Shown here: positions 1-14,600 of the stretch, piece by piece
Position numbering within the stretch: position 1 is the stretch's first letter
Layout of the letters: each line of letters opens with the position of its first letter
Source of the DNA: Chiloscyllium plagiosum
Lineage: Eukaryota
Direction: 5' to 3'
Length of the DNA stretch: 64,000 nucleotides
Assembly: GCF_004010195.1 (NCBI RefSeq)
Contig: NC_057718.1
Location: 59,631,622 to 59,695,621 of the forward strand
The notes under the pieces: model-generated
Databases searched by the model: none
Seen by the model: only the letters and a program-made list of their open reading frames with translations
Told to the model about the DNA's origin: nothing
Made by a program: the position numbers and the translations under genes

Positions 1-429
1 TCGCTGAGGCATTTCCATGGAGAAAACAGTGGGGAAATTTGGGTTCAAACCTTCCAGATCATTTAGAAAGGAGTAAGACTTGAACTTACTCATTTTGTTT
101 GCAGATAATATGGCCCTCTGTATGAATGTACATCACTTCCAGTAAACATAAATGATATTCTATTCTAAACGATCTATGTTACAAGCCTGATTGATTGTCT
201 TAAATTGTTTTTTAGTGTTGGGTATAGCACACTCAGGACTGTACAACAGGGGCTGGCCAAACTCAAAATCATATCTAACAGTGAACATTTTGGATTTTAT
301 ATCCCCTGGCTACTTGAATCTGGTTTGTACTAGACCTATTATTAACAATTATAGAACCATAAAAATGATACATCACCAAAGGGAACATTTGGCCAATCTT
401 TTCCACGCCAATACAAAGACACTCAGATG

Positions 430-915
430 CTCTTTCTAATTCCATCTTCTTGCATACAGCCTATAGCCCTGCAACTTACAGCACTTAAAGCGCAGATCCA
501 GGTACTTGTTAAAAGATTTGGTGTCTCTGCCCCCACCGTCAATTCAGGCAGCAAATTTCAGACACCCACAACCCACTGTTTAAAAAATGTTTTTCCTCAT
601 GTCCCCTTTAATCCTTCTGCCACTTAGCTTCAATCTATGACCCCTGGCTTTTGCATTCTCTGGCAAGGGAAACAGGTTCCTCCTGTCTACTCTTTCTCTG
701 CCCCTCACAATTTTGTGAACCTCAATCATGCTTCCCCCAACCCCCAACACCGCTCCCCCTCCAGCCTTCTCTGTTCCAACGAATACAATCCTAACCTCTC
801 CGATCTCTCTTCACAGCTATTATTCTCCAGCCCTGGCAATATTCTAATTATAATTTCTCTGTGCTCTGTCAACACAATTATATCCTTCCTGTAGTATGCT
901 GACTTGAACTGCAAA
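430..915 (-). mobile_element. Degenerate CR1 LINE 3' fragment
   Basis: Minus-strand ORF 726..914 reads IRILPGLENNSCEERSERLGLYSLEQRRLEG, the CR1 ORF2 C-terminal motif (RMIPGL..LSYEERL..LGL.SLE.RRLRG). Confidence 0.75.
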
Positions 916-1023
916 CAGGCAAGAAAGACTGAAGGAACATGTTGTTTGATTCAATTAGCCCATCATGTCGATGTGTGCTTGATAACTGGTATCAATCCAG
1001 CAATGAAATTTCTATAAAATATT

Positions 1024-1071
1024 GTTCACTCCTTGCAACCATTTGAAGACTATCTTCAAATTAAGTTTGAT
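1024..1071. repeat. 48-bp dispersed repeat, copy 1 (copy 2 at 2659-2706)
   Basis: GTTCACTCCTTGCAACCATTTGAAGAC[T/G]ATCTTCAAATTAAGTTTGAT occurs twice with one mismatch. Confidence 0.9.
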
Positions 1072-2658
1072 GTAGTAAGCAAAATGTCTTTTTGGGCTTG
1101 GGCAGCATCATGTTAGTGAAAAATTCCACTCAGGTTAACTCTGCATAGTTATAGTATGAAGCAACAAACTTAACCGGTTGTTCAATAGTTGAGATATTTT
1201 TTCTTTCTAGGATAACATAAAATAGAGCATGGACTCTGCTACTTGACTGCTTTCGTTGTGTCCAGTGTTGAGAGATGGTTTTGTCTGCCGAAGTGTGCTA
1301 AATATGAAGGTACTATTTAATAATTGGGAGAGTGCAAATTTTTCACAGGATATTTAAACAGTAAGAGTGAATAATTTTTGCTCACGTCCTCTGCTGCACA
1401 TCAGGAATGATTACCAAGCCAAAGAGAAGAATAGTTATAACTAAAAAGAATCTGCACAACCCTCATGGAATTGAAATGGCTGCACAATATCCCAAACTTT
1501 CTCAACAGATTTGATGGACCCTTACAGTATAATCTTTGACAGACAGTGAATTGTTCTCATTGATGTGTGACTGTATTTCCATGCATATTTATCATTTATC
1601 TATAAGCTCAAGAATCCAATTTTCAGTACCTTTGGTTTTACCATTCAATGATACATTAACTCAATTATATGTAAAATGTTCATAATCCAAGTAACAAATA
1701 ATAGGACATTGCATGTTGTAAAATTCACTGCTGATGCTTTGAGTAGTCACTTAATTAAAATTAGCTTTAAAAGTAATTTGTCCATAAAATGTTACTGCCA
1801 AATATGCATATATAATTTTACAGTGAAAGTTATTGTGTGTTAATCAATATTGTATATAGTTTTCTGAAAATCAGTCATATAAATGTCAAGGCTGTTTCAT
1901 ACAATAACTTCAAAATCCTATAAAATTTTATTGTTTTTTATTGCCATATAAAAAATGTATTGAAGAAAGCACTGCAGAAAATTAAGGGTACTGCCATACA
2001 TAGCGAAATAAATGAAGAAGATCAATAAATTTCAAATTTTATGTTTAATATGTAAGTTCTTAGAATGAAAAAGCAGTTTGTTAAACCTTAAATAATTCCA
2101 AATGATTGACTTCATGATGAAGGTAAAATTTGTATGCACAATAATGTGATTTCATCGCCTCTATATTTTGGCAAGCATAGGGACATAAATAGATATTAAT
2201 AGTTTTTAAATTGATGTTATAGTATTTATTTCATAATATACTAGCATCATAATGTGCAGTGAGAAAAAATGTGTTCAGCTACTTCAACTGTATTGGGATA
2301 GCGTAGTATCATGTGCATGTGAGTACTGCAGCAGCTCAACCGTAAAGATTCTTACTGAAACGCCTACCTCTGTGTTGCTAATTATATTTGTCTTGAGTAT
2401 TAAATATTAATGATCTTCATTTTGTTTTCAAAATTTCTTATTTCCTGTTTAGCCAATGCATGTATTCCAATATCATGATTAGTTTACACCCTTTCCACAG
2501 AGTAGGGGCAAATCAATTCATTCTCCGAGGAAGATTCAGGGTTGGAGTTTCCCCAAATTTTTATACTGTTATAAAAGCCATGCGACTGAATGCCAATCAT
2601 ACCTATAGAAATGAGCAGATTCCCAGATTGAATAAGTTGGCATGGCAAATGTTTCTCG

Positions 2659-2706
2659 GTTCACTCCTTGCAACCATTTGAAGACGATCTTCAAATTAAG
2701 TTTGAT
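2659..2706. repeat. 48-bp dispersed repeat, copy 2
   Basis: Matches 1024-1071 at 47/48 positions. Confidence 0.9.
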
Positions 2707-5096
2707 TTCTTTGGAGTAATTAAACCATGAAGAGGGAGCTTTCAAGAGAATGTAGTTATTAAATCTGTTTAATTTACCAAAAATGCTAACTACCATACAC
2801 CAATGAAGCCAATGAATAATTTTCTATAGCTTTTTAAAGTAATGTTCAATTCCTTAATGTCAGGTTACTCAATATTGGTGGATGAGACAATCTTATTACA
2901 AATGCCCTTTTTTTGTGATAGACACCTCAGCTGTGTTAATAAAATTATACTGTCAAATACACCACAATTAATGCAACTAAAAAAAAATCTTCAACTGCCC
3001 AACAATACTGAGTTGTGGAAGATTTTATGCCTGCAATTATGCAGATGAGTTTATGCAGAAATCTTTACCATAACTTCACTTCAGAAAGCCAACGTAATTT
3101 CTAGGACAACTTATGCCATGATTGCTATTTGCATATAAAGCAGAAACCCCACCATTCACATTGTTAAATGATATCTCTGTTTCTAAAACACATTGTCATA
3201 TCATATTTCATTCTCCACCATATTTTCAGATCATTCACAAATTGAGAAAAATAATAGCTAACTCGATCTCCTCAGCTGTCTACTGAGATGCCCAGGTTAA
3301 GTATCTCTCTGATCCTTCATTGGTTTTTATGGGTGCCTTCCATTCTCATTCTTGATGCTATCTTTGAAATAATGAATTTCAAGTTGTAAGGAGAAATCTA
3401 TTTGATTGAGAACTAGCATTTCTGCCAATATATAAAAATATATAACAAAGCATCTGTTTCCATGCAGTTTGACTCTATGTCTCTGTATACTCGGAGAAGG
3501 ATGTGGGGGCTATGTATGATAAATTATCTACTATTTACAAGCTGAATGGGAAAGTCATTTAGAAAGCAGTATTTCATACTTTATTGCTAGTATAGTGCAA
3601 TAAAAAGTGAAGCATATTTCACAAGACCTTTTCACAGACCACATCCAGAAAATTGTACTCAGTTTTAATCCTGCCCCAAGGGATAGCATGGCTAGTATAA
3701 AATGTACCAGCACAGTACCAAGACAAAATGAACGTTATTGGGAGGGCTTGTTGTTCAAATCATTCTTGCGGTTGTGATTATTGGGTATCTTGCATTGCAG
3801 CAGCATAAAGAAGAAAAGTAGGCCAGGTGTAAAAACAGATGCTACCAAGTTACCATGCTAATCCTTGATGTAATTTATCACGAGTTGAAGACATAGCACA
3901 GACAGCATTGTTGCCTGGCCAGTTTCAGGAAATACTAAAGTCTTGCCACTATAATAGTTAAGTAACTAGAGCAATGTTTGCTAGACTGGGCTCTTTGTAT
4001 TTAGAGTCATTGGGCTGAATCTTCCCATTTGAGTTGCAGGCCTGACAATAGGCTGATTTCAGATTCACAAACCCAGAAATGGCAGGATATTAGATACAAC
4101 CTTTCTATCAGCAGTGAATTGTGAAATGGCCCTGGGAGCACTCGTCACTTAGGGTGTCAAAGGGTCAGTCGAGGCTTCTGAGATGAATGACAGTTGAGAG
4201 ATCCAATGTGAATACTGTGTGCTGCTGAGGTCAATGCAGAAAGAGGGAATATGTTATTGCTTTAAATGCTGTGTTGCTTTAAGAACTGGATATGTTAATG
4301 AGCCAAGGATAAGGGTGTAACTACACGGTCAATTGTCATGTGCAGTCCAGCAGAAACAAGCTGTTTGCATACAAAACTGTATTTATAGTGTAAGCAGTTA
4401 AATGAACCTGCATGAGATATTCAACTAAATGGAATTCATGTTTCTTGATCTACAGCTGAAACCAACACAGAGAAGAATTTTAAAAGAAATAAACACATTC
4501 TGAATTTCCACAGACTAACAGTAGCTAAACTACTATAAATACCCTAGACAGTGGCAGTATTTGTAGAAGGCAGAGACCATTAAAAGATGGCAAACAAATT
4601 TCTTAGCATGAATTGGAAGGTCACAAATGTCCTCGCCAAACTTAGACTCTGTAAAGAAAAGATGGAGGTGTGCTTTTCAGATTTAACATTGCAGAACCTG
4701 AAAAACAAATCATTAAAATAATGATAGCCACAAGAAATGAGGAGTTGCACAGAGTCGCACCTCAGGCCTATCTCAGGAGGATCACACAGATCCTATCAAG
4801 TTATACAGGAAATGCTAATTTTTTAAAAATCAGCTTCATATCAAAGTACAGTTTAGGATTCACCATCGAGAACTGATGTCTCACAAACAACAACCATATG
4901 AATCAATTAATCAGTTTGTCAGTGGATGCTGTGAAAGTAGTGAGAACTGTGTTATTCAGAGATTGAGCTGTCTTAACAGTTAATGGTGTTACTTACAGAT
5001 ATTAATATATATCACAGCTTTCCAAAAAGAGCTCTTGGAGAAATAAAAAGGTCACAACATTGAAACATGACTTAATGCTGGCAGAAAACATAAAGA

Positions 5097-7720
5097 AATA
5101 GAACATAGAACATAGAACATTACAGTGCAGTGCAGGTCCTTCAGCCCTCGATGTTACACCGACCTGTGGAAGCAATCTGAAGCCCATCTATCCTACACTA
5201 TTCCATTTTCATCTATATGTTTATCCAATGACCATTTAAATGCTTGTAAAGTTGGCAAGTCTACTGTTGCAGGCAGGGCATTGCTTGCCCCTCATACTCT
5301 GTGAGTAAAGAAACTACCTCTGACATCTATCACCCCTCAATTTAAAGTTTTGTCCCCTCATGCCAGCCATCACTATCTGAGGAAAAGGGTTCTCACTGTC
5401 CACCCTATCTAACCCTCTGCTTATCTTATATGTCTCAATTAAGTCACCTCTCAACCTTCTTCTCTCTAACGAAAGCAGCCTCAAGTCCCTCTGCCTTTCC
5501 TCATCAGACCTTTCCTCCATATCAGGCAACATCCTAGTTAATCTCCTCTGAACCCTTTCCAAAGTTTCCACATCTTCCCTATAACGTGGTGCCCAGAACT
5601 GTATGCAATACTCCAACTGTAGCTGCACCAGAGTTTTGTACAGCTGCAACATGACCTCATGGCTCCAAAACCCAATCCCTCTATCAATAAATGCTAATAC
5701 ATTGTATGCCTTCTTAACAATCCTATCAACCTGGGTGGCAACTTTCAGAGATCTGTGTACAAGGACACCAAGATCTCTCTGTCCACCTACACTACCAAGA
5801 ATTTTACCATTAGCCCAGTACTCTGCTTTCCTGTTACTCCTTCCAAAACAAATTATCTCACACTTTTCCGCATGAAACTCCATTTGCTACCTCACAGCCC
5901 AGCTCTGCAGCTTATCAATGTCCCTCTGCAACCTGAAACATCCTTCGGCACTATCCACAACTCCACCGACCTTAGTGTCATCAGAAAATTTACTAACCCA
6001 TCCTTCTATGCCCTTATCCAGGTCATTTATAAAAATGACAAACAGCAGCAGACCCAAAACAGATCTTTGCGGTAGACCACTAGTAACTGAACTTCAGGAT
6101 GAACATTTCCCATCAACCACCACCCTCATATTCTTTCAGCTAGCCAATTTCTGATCAAAACCACTAAATCACCCTCAATTCCATGCCTCCATAGTTTGTG
6201 CAATAGCCTACCGTGCAGAACCTTATCAAACACCTTACTGAAATCCATATAACACCACATCAACCGCTTTACCCTCATCCATCTGTTTGTTCACCTTCTC
6301 AAAGAACTCAATAAAGTTTGTGAGGCATGACCTACCCTTCACAAAACTGTGTTGACTGTCCCTAATCAACTTATTCTTTTCTAGATGATTATAAATTCTA
6401 TCTCTTATAATCTTTCCAACACTTTACCCATAACCGAAGTAAGTCTCACTGGTCTATAATTACTAGGGTTGTCTCTACTCCCCTTCTTGAACAAGGGAAC
6501 AACATTTGTTATCCTCCAGTCTTCTGACACTATCCCTGTAGACAATCATATCATAAAGATCAAAGCATAGACAATACATTCTCCTCCCTGGTATCCCAGA
6601 GAATCCTAAGATAAATTCCATCGGCCCAGGGGACTTATCTATTTTCACACTTTCCAGAATTGTTAACCCCTCCTCCTTGTGAACCTCAATCCCATCTAGT
6701 CTAATAGGCTGTATCTCAGTATTCTCCTCGACAACATTGTCTTTTTCCAGCGTGAATACTGACTAAAAGTATTCATTTAGCACTTCCTCGTACAACTTCC
6801 CACTACTCTTCTTAATTGGCTCTAATCTTACTCTAGTCATCCTTTTATTCCTGATATACCTAGAGGCAGCTTTAGGGTTTACCTTGATCCTATCTCCCAA
6901 CAACTTCTCATGTCCTCTTCTGGCTCTTCTTGGCTCTATCTTTAGGTCCTTCCTGGCTAACTTCTAACTCTTAAGTGTCCTAATTGAGCTTTCATGTCTC
7001 ATCTTAACATAAACCTTCTTTTTCCTCTTGACAAGAGATTCAACTTCTTTGATAACCCATGGCTCCCTTGCTAGACCACTTCTTCTCTCCCTGGCAGGTA
7101 CATACCTATCAAGGACATGCATTAGCTGTTCCTTGATTAAGCTTCACATTTTAGTTGTGCCCATCCCCTGCAGTTTCCTTCCCCATCCTATGGATCCTAA
7201 ATTTGCCTAATTGCATCATAATTGCCGTTCCCCATCAATAACTCTTGCCCTGTGGTATATAAATATCCCTTTCCACTACTAAAGTAAACATAATCAAATT
7301 GTGGTCACTATCAACAAAGTGCTCACTTACCTCCAAATTTAACACCTGGCTGAGTTCATTACCCATCACCAAATCCAAAGTGCCCTCACCCCTTGTTGGC
7401 CTGTCAACATACTGTGTCTGGAAACCATCCTGCAAACATTGGACAAAAACTGACCCATCTAAAGTATCCGAACTATAGTATTTCTAGTCAATATTTGGAA
7501 AGTTAAAGACCCCATAAAAACTACCCTATTACTCTTGCTCTTATCCAGAATCATTTTTGCTATCCTTTCCTCTACATCTCTGGAACTATTCGGAGGCCAA
7601 TAGGAAACTCCCAAGGGTGACCTCTCCTTTCCTGTTTCTAACTGCAGCCCATACTACCTCAAATGTCCTTTCTGCCACATAATACTGTCCTTGACTAACT
7701 ATGCTACGCTTCCCCTTCTT
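5097..7720 (-). mobile_element. CR1 LINE, 5'-truncated (endonuclease end plus RT), with stops and frameshifts
   Basis: (CATAGAA)n tail at ~5097-5120. ORF 5314..5883 is the CR1 RT C-terminus (MEFHAEKCEIICFG...LERVQRRLTRMLP). ORF 7235..7435 is the APE endonuclease end (PTRGEGTLDLV...SDHN). Confidence 0.92.
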
Positions 7721-8174
7721 TGTAAAGACACTGTAGCCAGATAAAAAACACCTGCAAGCATTAGGTGTAGCTACCAATACTGCCATAGCAGTTATGATGC
7801 AGAAAGCAAGCAAATTGTGTACAACATGTCTGTCCACCCACATCAAAGCTATTCTGTGTTCCATGATCTCTGCATACAGTCCAGAGAAAACTGGGCTCAC
7901 CTATGCAAGAAATTCGATTCTAAAGATGCAGTCAAAAATACAATAGGACACAACCAAATAAATAGCCAAAAGCAAATTAGAGATCTGCATAAACACTAAT
8001 ACACACATAAGGTGAGCCTTAAGACAGATCTAAGTCAAGATTTGGAGTGAAAGAATCTTTAACCAGACAGTGAACAGGCTTTTGATATTGTGAATGTGAC
8101 ACATTGTGTGGACAAAGTCAAAAGTTAGAAGCTTTTGTTATCATTAACAAATATGTCTCTACTTCCTCAGGATG

Positions 8175-8697
8175 CTAAAGAAATTTGGCATGTTGTCAAG
8201 GACTCTTACCAATATTTATAGATGCACCATACAAAGCATCTAATCCAGATACATTTCAGTGTAGAATGGTAACTGTTCTTCCCAAGACCATACAAAACTA
8301 CAGAGTTGTGAACTCAGCACAGTCCATCAAGCAAACCAGCATTCCGTCTACTGTCTCCATCTATACTACCAACATAATCAAAGTTCCCTCCCACCCCGTT
8401 ATACTCTCTTCCACCGACTTCTGTTGGGCAGAAGATATTAAAGTGTTAATGTATGTACGAACAGATTCAAGAACAGCTTCTTCCCCACTGTTATTAGACT
8501 TTTGAATGGACCTATCAAATGTTAGTGCTGATCTCTCTCTGTGCACCTTCTCTGAGGCTGTAACACTGTATTGTGCACTCTGTTCTGCTATTCTGATGCA
8601 CTTTGTATGGTACAATCTGCCTGTACAGCATGCAAAACAACACCTTTCCACTGTATCTCAGTACATGTGACAACAACATACCAATCAACCAATTAAC
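8175..8697 (+). mobile_element. Rex1/Babar LINE 3' fragment
   Basis: Decayed Rex1 C-terminal motifs (YRCTI.SI; LQRVV..AQSI; ..PSHP; GRRY; RFKNSFFP..IRLLN), followed by a 3'UTR ending ACATGTGACAACAACATACCAATCAACCAATT. Confidence 0.75.
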
Positions 8698-11600
8698 ATG
8701 CCCAAAGATAATTGATAAACATTCAAACCAAAGTTGAAAAGAGAACTCGAGCAAACATCCTATCTGCCTGAATCCAGAAGGATATGTACCTCGAACATTG
8801 GAAGTCAATGGTAGAACTTACAACAGTAAATGAAACCACAGATAATAGGACAGCCATCCATGAGCTGAACATTCCAGGTGAAACAATTTGGAAGAATTAA
8901 CTGTAAACATAAATTAAAACTATTGAAAATAATTTGGTGTAAACCAGCTTGACTACAATCAAATCTTGTCAAAGGACATGACAATATAAACTTAATATCA
9001 AACCTGATAACAAAACTACTACATCTCTGGATATGGAATTATTGTCACAACAAAGGTCATGTTTCGAAAGTAAGTTAGGATAACTCTGCCACACCATTAC
9101 TTTTCCAAGTTCTCAGAGACATAAGTCAAACCTGTTGACAAACAGGGGAATATGAAAATGCTGTATACTACATGGAGGTGTGGAACTACTTAACCTGCAC
9201 ATAGGATAGAAAGTTAGAGTTATACAGGGAACATGGTTTCCTACAGAGGCATCCAAACTGTGCAACAAACTTAGATCCTGCAAAATTACAACAGCAAATG
9301 AAGCAATGGTGTGGAGTGACAGAAACCACCTCAGGGAATTGTAGAATACTCCAAGCATGCACAAAACACAAACAAAAATAAGCTTCGATAACGAAGGTGT
9401 GGAAGAACAGCGGGACAACCACCAGCATACTAACAACATGCAAGATTCCAATACATTTACAATTCAAGAACACCTAAGTGTGCAGTCTTAATCTCCAGAC
9501 GGTGAGATCATTGTCACAAGATCGAGAAGTGTTGTCACAAATAAACTCATAAGCTCTTCATTTTTCAATTTTGTTTCAGTGGAAGTAATTTTGCAAGTGT
9601 TTTAGAATATACACATACTTGGAGTCTTAACATATTTAATTTTATTTTGTCAAATTGGGGGATGTTATATTATTGTTGGAAGAGCTGTGTTGCTTTAAAG
9701 CTGGATGTGAGAATGAGCCAAGGATCAGGATGAAACCATATGAGCAACTGCTGTGGACAATCCAACAGAAACATACCAGAGTCCAGATGTATATACAGTT
9801 TTCTGTATGAAATTTTCAAATAAACTAAAGTCATACTACTTCAGCTGTACTTACCAATAACACAAGAAAAATTAGGGAGTTGACACAAGATGGAGGAGTC
9901 AACTAATCTGACACCCCTGAGCCATCTGGTCAAGGGACCAAAAGCCAGTTCACCACAGCCAATATTGTCTGGTAGATCCATCTATGGATTATAAGTAAAT
10001 AATTATTTTGTAAATGTCCTGATGATTACTAACTTTATCCTTTAAAGTACATCACATAGTACTCTAACCTCCCAGTTTGCTTTTGCCTCTTTTGAGTACA
10101 TGCGCTGGAGAGGTATAGAGTGTCTCATGTATACTGGAATTAATATGTGGTTGGCATACAAAGTTATTTGCTTTCAAAATTACTTTAATTGGCTGGTCTC
10201 TCCTGTCACCACTTCCACACTGCAAAGCATTGACCTCGAACTCTGCATTAAACCCAAGCTCTTTGCCTGGGGAAGCAAACTTTCCAGCAGATTTGCAAAT
10301 GTGCCAGACGTATCTCTGCCAACTTTTTTCTGCAGGCTGCTCCATCAAACTCCTCATCTGAGTTGAGTCCTCTGCTGCAGATGTCATGGGCAACTTTGTC
10401 CAATGGCAAACTGGCAGGTGCTCTACTCTTGTTCCCTGTGGTATTATGGTCACTAATGAGCAACACTGAGACACATGCAGATCATACCATTATGTTACCC
10501 TTTAAAGAGCGTTCAGTGCTAATATCTAGATGGGTGGCTCTGAGTGTGAGATCACATGGTAATGTTTCATTAAGGTCAACCTCTTCCTCATTTCTCTCCT
10601 GACCCAGTGCCTTGCTGGATGGCAGTTTTTGTGTAACTGAAAGGAGACACAGGAGAGGCTAAGGTTATGGTGTGGGAAGCAGGATAAAGCAAGAGACACA
10701 ATATTAAACTATTTTTGACATGTAAAGCACAAAACATTGTAGGCTGAGAGGGCCATGGAATATCAGAAGAAGAATTAGATAAGAACATGGCAACATCACA
10801 TTGAATGTAAGATTACTATTGTGAATGGTGACTATATGGTCTTCTAATCTTCCATAAGTGACCCTGTAGAGGAACTTTTTGATCAGGCTGCTGAGCTGTA
10901 TAAATAGAACAGTAAGCATTTGTCGGTCTGAGAATCCTTCCCTTAGTCAATGATATCTTTCTTTAAATGAATTGAAACTAATTGTGATTACTTCTTGGAG
11001 TTTGGATCTATTGTAGCAATGAAAATATTTCTGAGATTGTTTGTGCTCCTTTTGAATAGTTAAGCAGAATTACTATGTGATCACAGCTGATGGTCCTGAT
11101 GTTGGGACATCAGGCTTCAATACCGTTGCTCATGCAGCATAATTGTTCTCCCTTCACTGTTACGTGGGCAAGAGGTGAGCATTTCTTAAACTGCAAGATC
11201 AAACATCCTCCACTGAGATACCTATTGAAGTCAAATGTAGAAATATGGACGTGCAGGACAAAGTGAAAAAAATAATTTTTAAAAATCTGGACAGATTGAG
11301 TGTACATATTTATCTGCACTGCACTGAGCTAACATGAGCACTTAGTGCCTAAAAAAAAAGCAGAAAATGCTGGAAGCACTCAGCAAATCAGGCACTATTT
11401 GGGCAATTCCATTATTTAAAGCATTGATCACTTTAGGCTGGATATTAACACTCAGTGGGAATCTGTGGGTGTCAGTTTCTGACTCATGTGGAAATATTAA
11501 CCGTTGGACTTATTACAATGTGGCAGGTGCACCTCCTGCCTACCAACTATACAAGGATTTGCTGGGATGAAAGCTGTTATCCAAGAAGTGTTGTGAAGTT

Positions 11601-14600
11601 AGGGATACTCCAACCTACCTCACATGGCTCAGACATGTAATTCTGTTTCTCCTCCCTTCACAATGACAACAAAAACTTTTTTTTCAGGTTCTCATCATGT
11701 TCTGCTCCTCTCCTTATGGGTTGATAGCTGAAACAAAACCATAAATCCTTCCCTGATCAGATCTTACTTGTGGGTGCCAAAGTTGAGGTGAGCCTTTACT
11801 GGAGGTTTTCTAGTCACTACATCCAGTGTATTAAAATGGAATCACAGTGTGCTGCTGTGTTAATATCACATTCTTATGTTTGTTAATGGTTTTCTTTAAG
11901 ACTGTAAAGGAACTGTTGGTGACTACTAAACTTCTGAGCAGATCTTGAGGGAACCCCTGTAAAACCAATGGCACAAGGAGCCTTGAGACTCAGCAGTCAA
12001 TATACTTTATCCACTAAGAAATGTGTCTTGGTTTTCGAGCTGTCTGACTGATGTAGATCCAAATTGACATTCAAAAGACTGAGTTACCAAGGTATTGCAT
12101 ATTGAGTAGAAAAAAATTTGCTGCTCCAAATAAAAAAAAGCATGGTAGTTCATTGTCCCTCTCCTCCATTGTTAATTTAACTACAATAACCAGGTTTCAA
12201 TATTCCACTAGCTTCAGATGTTATCCACACACAATAAAACAATATATTATAATAATATGTTCTATCTTATGTCATTATGATTTATAGAAACTCTTTAAAA
12301 AGCATGTGTTAACATTCAGCTACTTAATGTGATGGACAAGGACCTAATTTTTGAATTGTAATTTAGTGTTATTTTAGGGGGAATTTGCTGAATCTGGAGA
12401 GGTGCAACAATAATAAAACAAGTCATGCTGCCATTATCTGCATTTTAAAAAAAATTAATAAGGGAGAATGTACATCTTCAAATGACTTACTGAAAGGATG
12501 AGAAAATTCCCTAATCCCAGACACCCAATGGGAGCTACACTCAAAACAACTGAGCACTGAAAATAGAGTTTTAAAATACCCCAATTGTGCAACTCACTTC
12601 AAGAGCAACTCCATAGGGAGGGTATCAACCAATGATTAACCTATAATCAGGTTTGTAAAAATGAAAAGATAACTCTCTTGATAACTAATTTTCTACAGAT
12701 GGTCATTAAAATTAGATGTATGAAGCAGGACTATTTCTGTTAGCATGTAACATTGCCTGAAAATAAACAGATTTCAAGAAATATTCTTGATTCTATGAAT
12801 GTAGTTATTTCTAGCTCTTATACCAAGTCAATTATTAAAAACAATTAATAGAATACTAATACAAATATTTTAGTTGTCACATCATGACATTTCAGGTCTC
12901 TAGAGTCAATATTATTTGTTTTGTAGCCATTGGTATTGTGGGGCTTCAAGAGTACACTAGCTATGTTAATAGTTTTCTGCCAACCCATGATAATCTTCAG
13001 AAACTAAGATTTAGTGTTGCTTTGAACTCTGAATCACTTTGTGCAGTCTATGACTAGATAGATGATTACCACTTATTTCTAATCATTTCAGTATAAAGTC
13101 TACTTTCAAAGCATCTGATGACTGGAATAATACATGCAGTATTAGTGACTTAGTGTGTTCTATGAAGAATCTTTGATAGTGTGTCAGAGCAAATTAGCTC
13201 CTCAGTGTTGCCAATTTGGCAGACAAAGCTGATTATTCTCTGAAATCACACTGCATATGTGCACAGGATTATAATTAATCACCATAGATGTCAATCATGG
13301 TTTAATAATAATAATTTAGTATTTAGAGGCCAAAGTGGGTATTGGCATCTGTGCCATCAGATGTAAAATATAGGGCAATTAATAACGATGAATTCATCTT
13401 CAGTTCAGAGCTACAACAATTCACGCATTGTAATTTCAAAAGTCAACTTTAGCAGCTGGACATACGACCCACGATGCAATTGAGTGTAGGATTGGCTACT
13501 GAAAAGCACCTGCAGTAAATATATGCAGAATGTGCTCGGATCTTTTTCCCTTTCAGGCAAATGAGAAAAGCAATCAGCCTGACATTCATCTGACATGGGT
13601 TAAGGTACTGAATTCATAAGTTATTTCTCTTTTGCATTTTGCTCTCTGTGGAGAATAGGAAAATGATGTTATTTTCAGTAATGCAAGGCACAGATGGGAA
13701 TAGTGTCGAACAAGTGCTGAAAACGAAGAGCCTGATGGATGGCTTCCAGTGGCAGGGTCCAGCTATCAAATCATGAAATAAACCTGAAATACACAGTTTG
13801 AATGCAAGGCTGCTGAAATTGAGCATATCGTAGGCTTATGAATCAGCCTTTGACTTCTGTTGGAGTATGTTGATAAGGAATATTAAGAACCTGGCTCCTG
13901 ACACTTGCAGATTTGCTTTATACAGTAAATTTTGTTGCTTTGAGATTTCAGTCAAATATATAGACTGTCAAATGGGCTCTTTTCTCATTAACTAAGGAAT
14001 GTCATTTTCACAAAAGATTCTACAAACCCAGATGAGTTGCGGTGACATGCAAAAGGCGAGGAATAATTTATTCTTTTAAATAGACTGTTCTCAACAATAG
14101 AAGGGAACCTTTTGACTATGTACCAGTATGTAAAAACATTGGTATTAAAATACTACATTTCCACAAAATCATTTAAAGCTTTGAAAGCTGAAGTCACCTT
14201 TTATGAGTCAGTCATGTAATTGGTTGCTGCTTCACAAAGCAAATGCTAATTCTGAGAGGAGCAAGCTGGCATATCTCTCCTCTGCATACCGTCAAGCTAC
14301 TTCTTATCAACACCTGCAGTCGACAGAATCGGTAGCTGTGGGAAAGATGGCATCAAATAAATGGGACATGAGACCAGGTTTCTGACATGATCACCAGAGA
14401 TATTAAACAGACCATGTTCAAACATTAGGTAAAATTGCTGTTCTACGTGAAAAATAGTTTTAATTGCAATTAAAATGGCAAACAACATATGTTGGTACTC
14501 TGGAGATTTACTTTGCTGTAACATGCAATCATTCAAATTAAAGGTGATATTTGACAAATTAGAACTTGATTGTTTCCATGAATCACTTGCTGGTAATAGA

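Larger units (their letters stand above)
4252..9865 (+). mobile_element. Ancient pol-deleted Gypsy-type LTR retrotransposon, interrupted by CR1 and Rex1 insertions
   Basis: Diverged direct repeats at ~4252-4470 and ~9663-9865 (both start TGTTAT and share GCTGTGTTGCTTTAA..CTGGAT..AATGAGCCAAGGAT); GGGGGA tract precedes the 3' copy. Internal remnants: zinc-knuckle-like CTTC..H / WAHLCKK (~7815-7910), protease-like KVEKRTRANIL (~8730-8765), integrase C-terminus GTWFPTEASKLCNKLRSCKITTANEAMVWSDRNHLRE (~9228-9340), and VTRSRSV (~9515). Confidence 0.65.

Noticed and set aside
5314..5883. 189-aa ORF as a functional gene
   Set aside because: It is the C-terminal piece of a broken CR1 ORF2.
10100..10366. 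Possible Harbinger transposase remnant (LFAWGS..DVSLPTF resembles FFATGS..GVSQPTF)
   Set aside because: The similarity is too short and I found no DDE motifs downstream; it needs a profile search.
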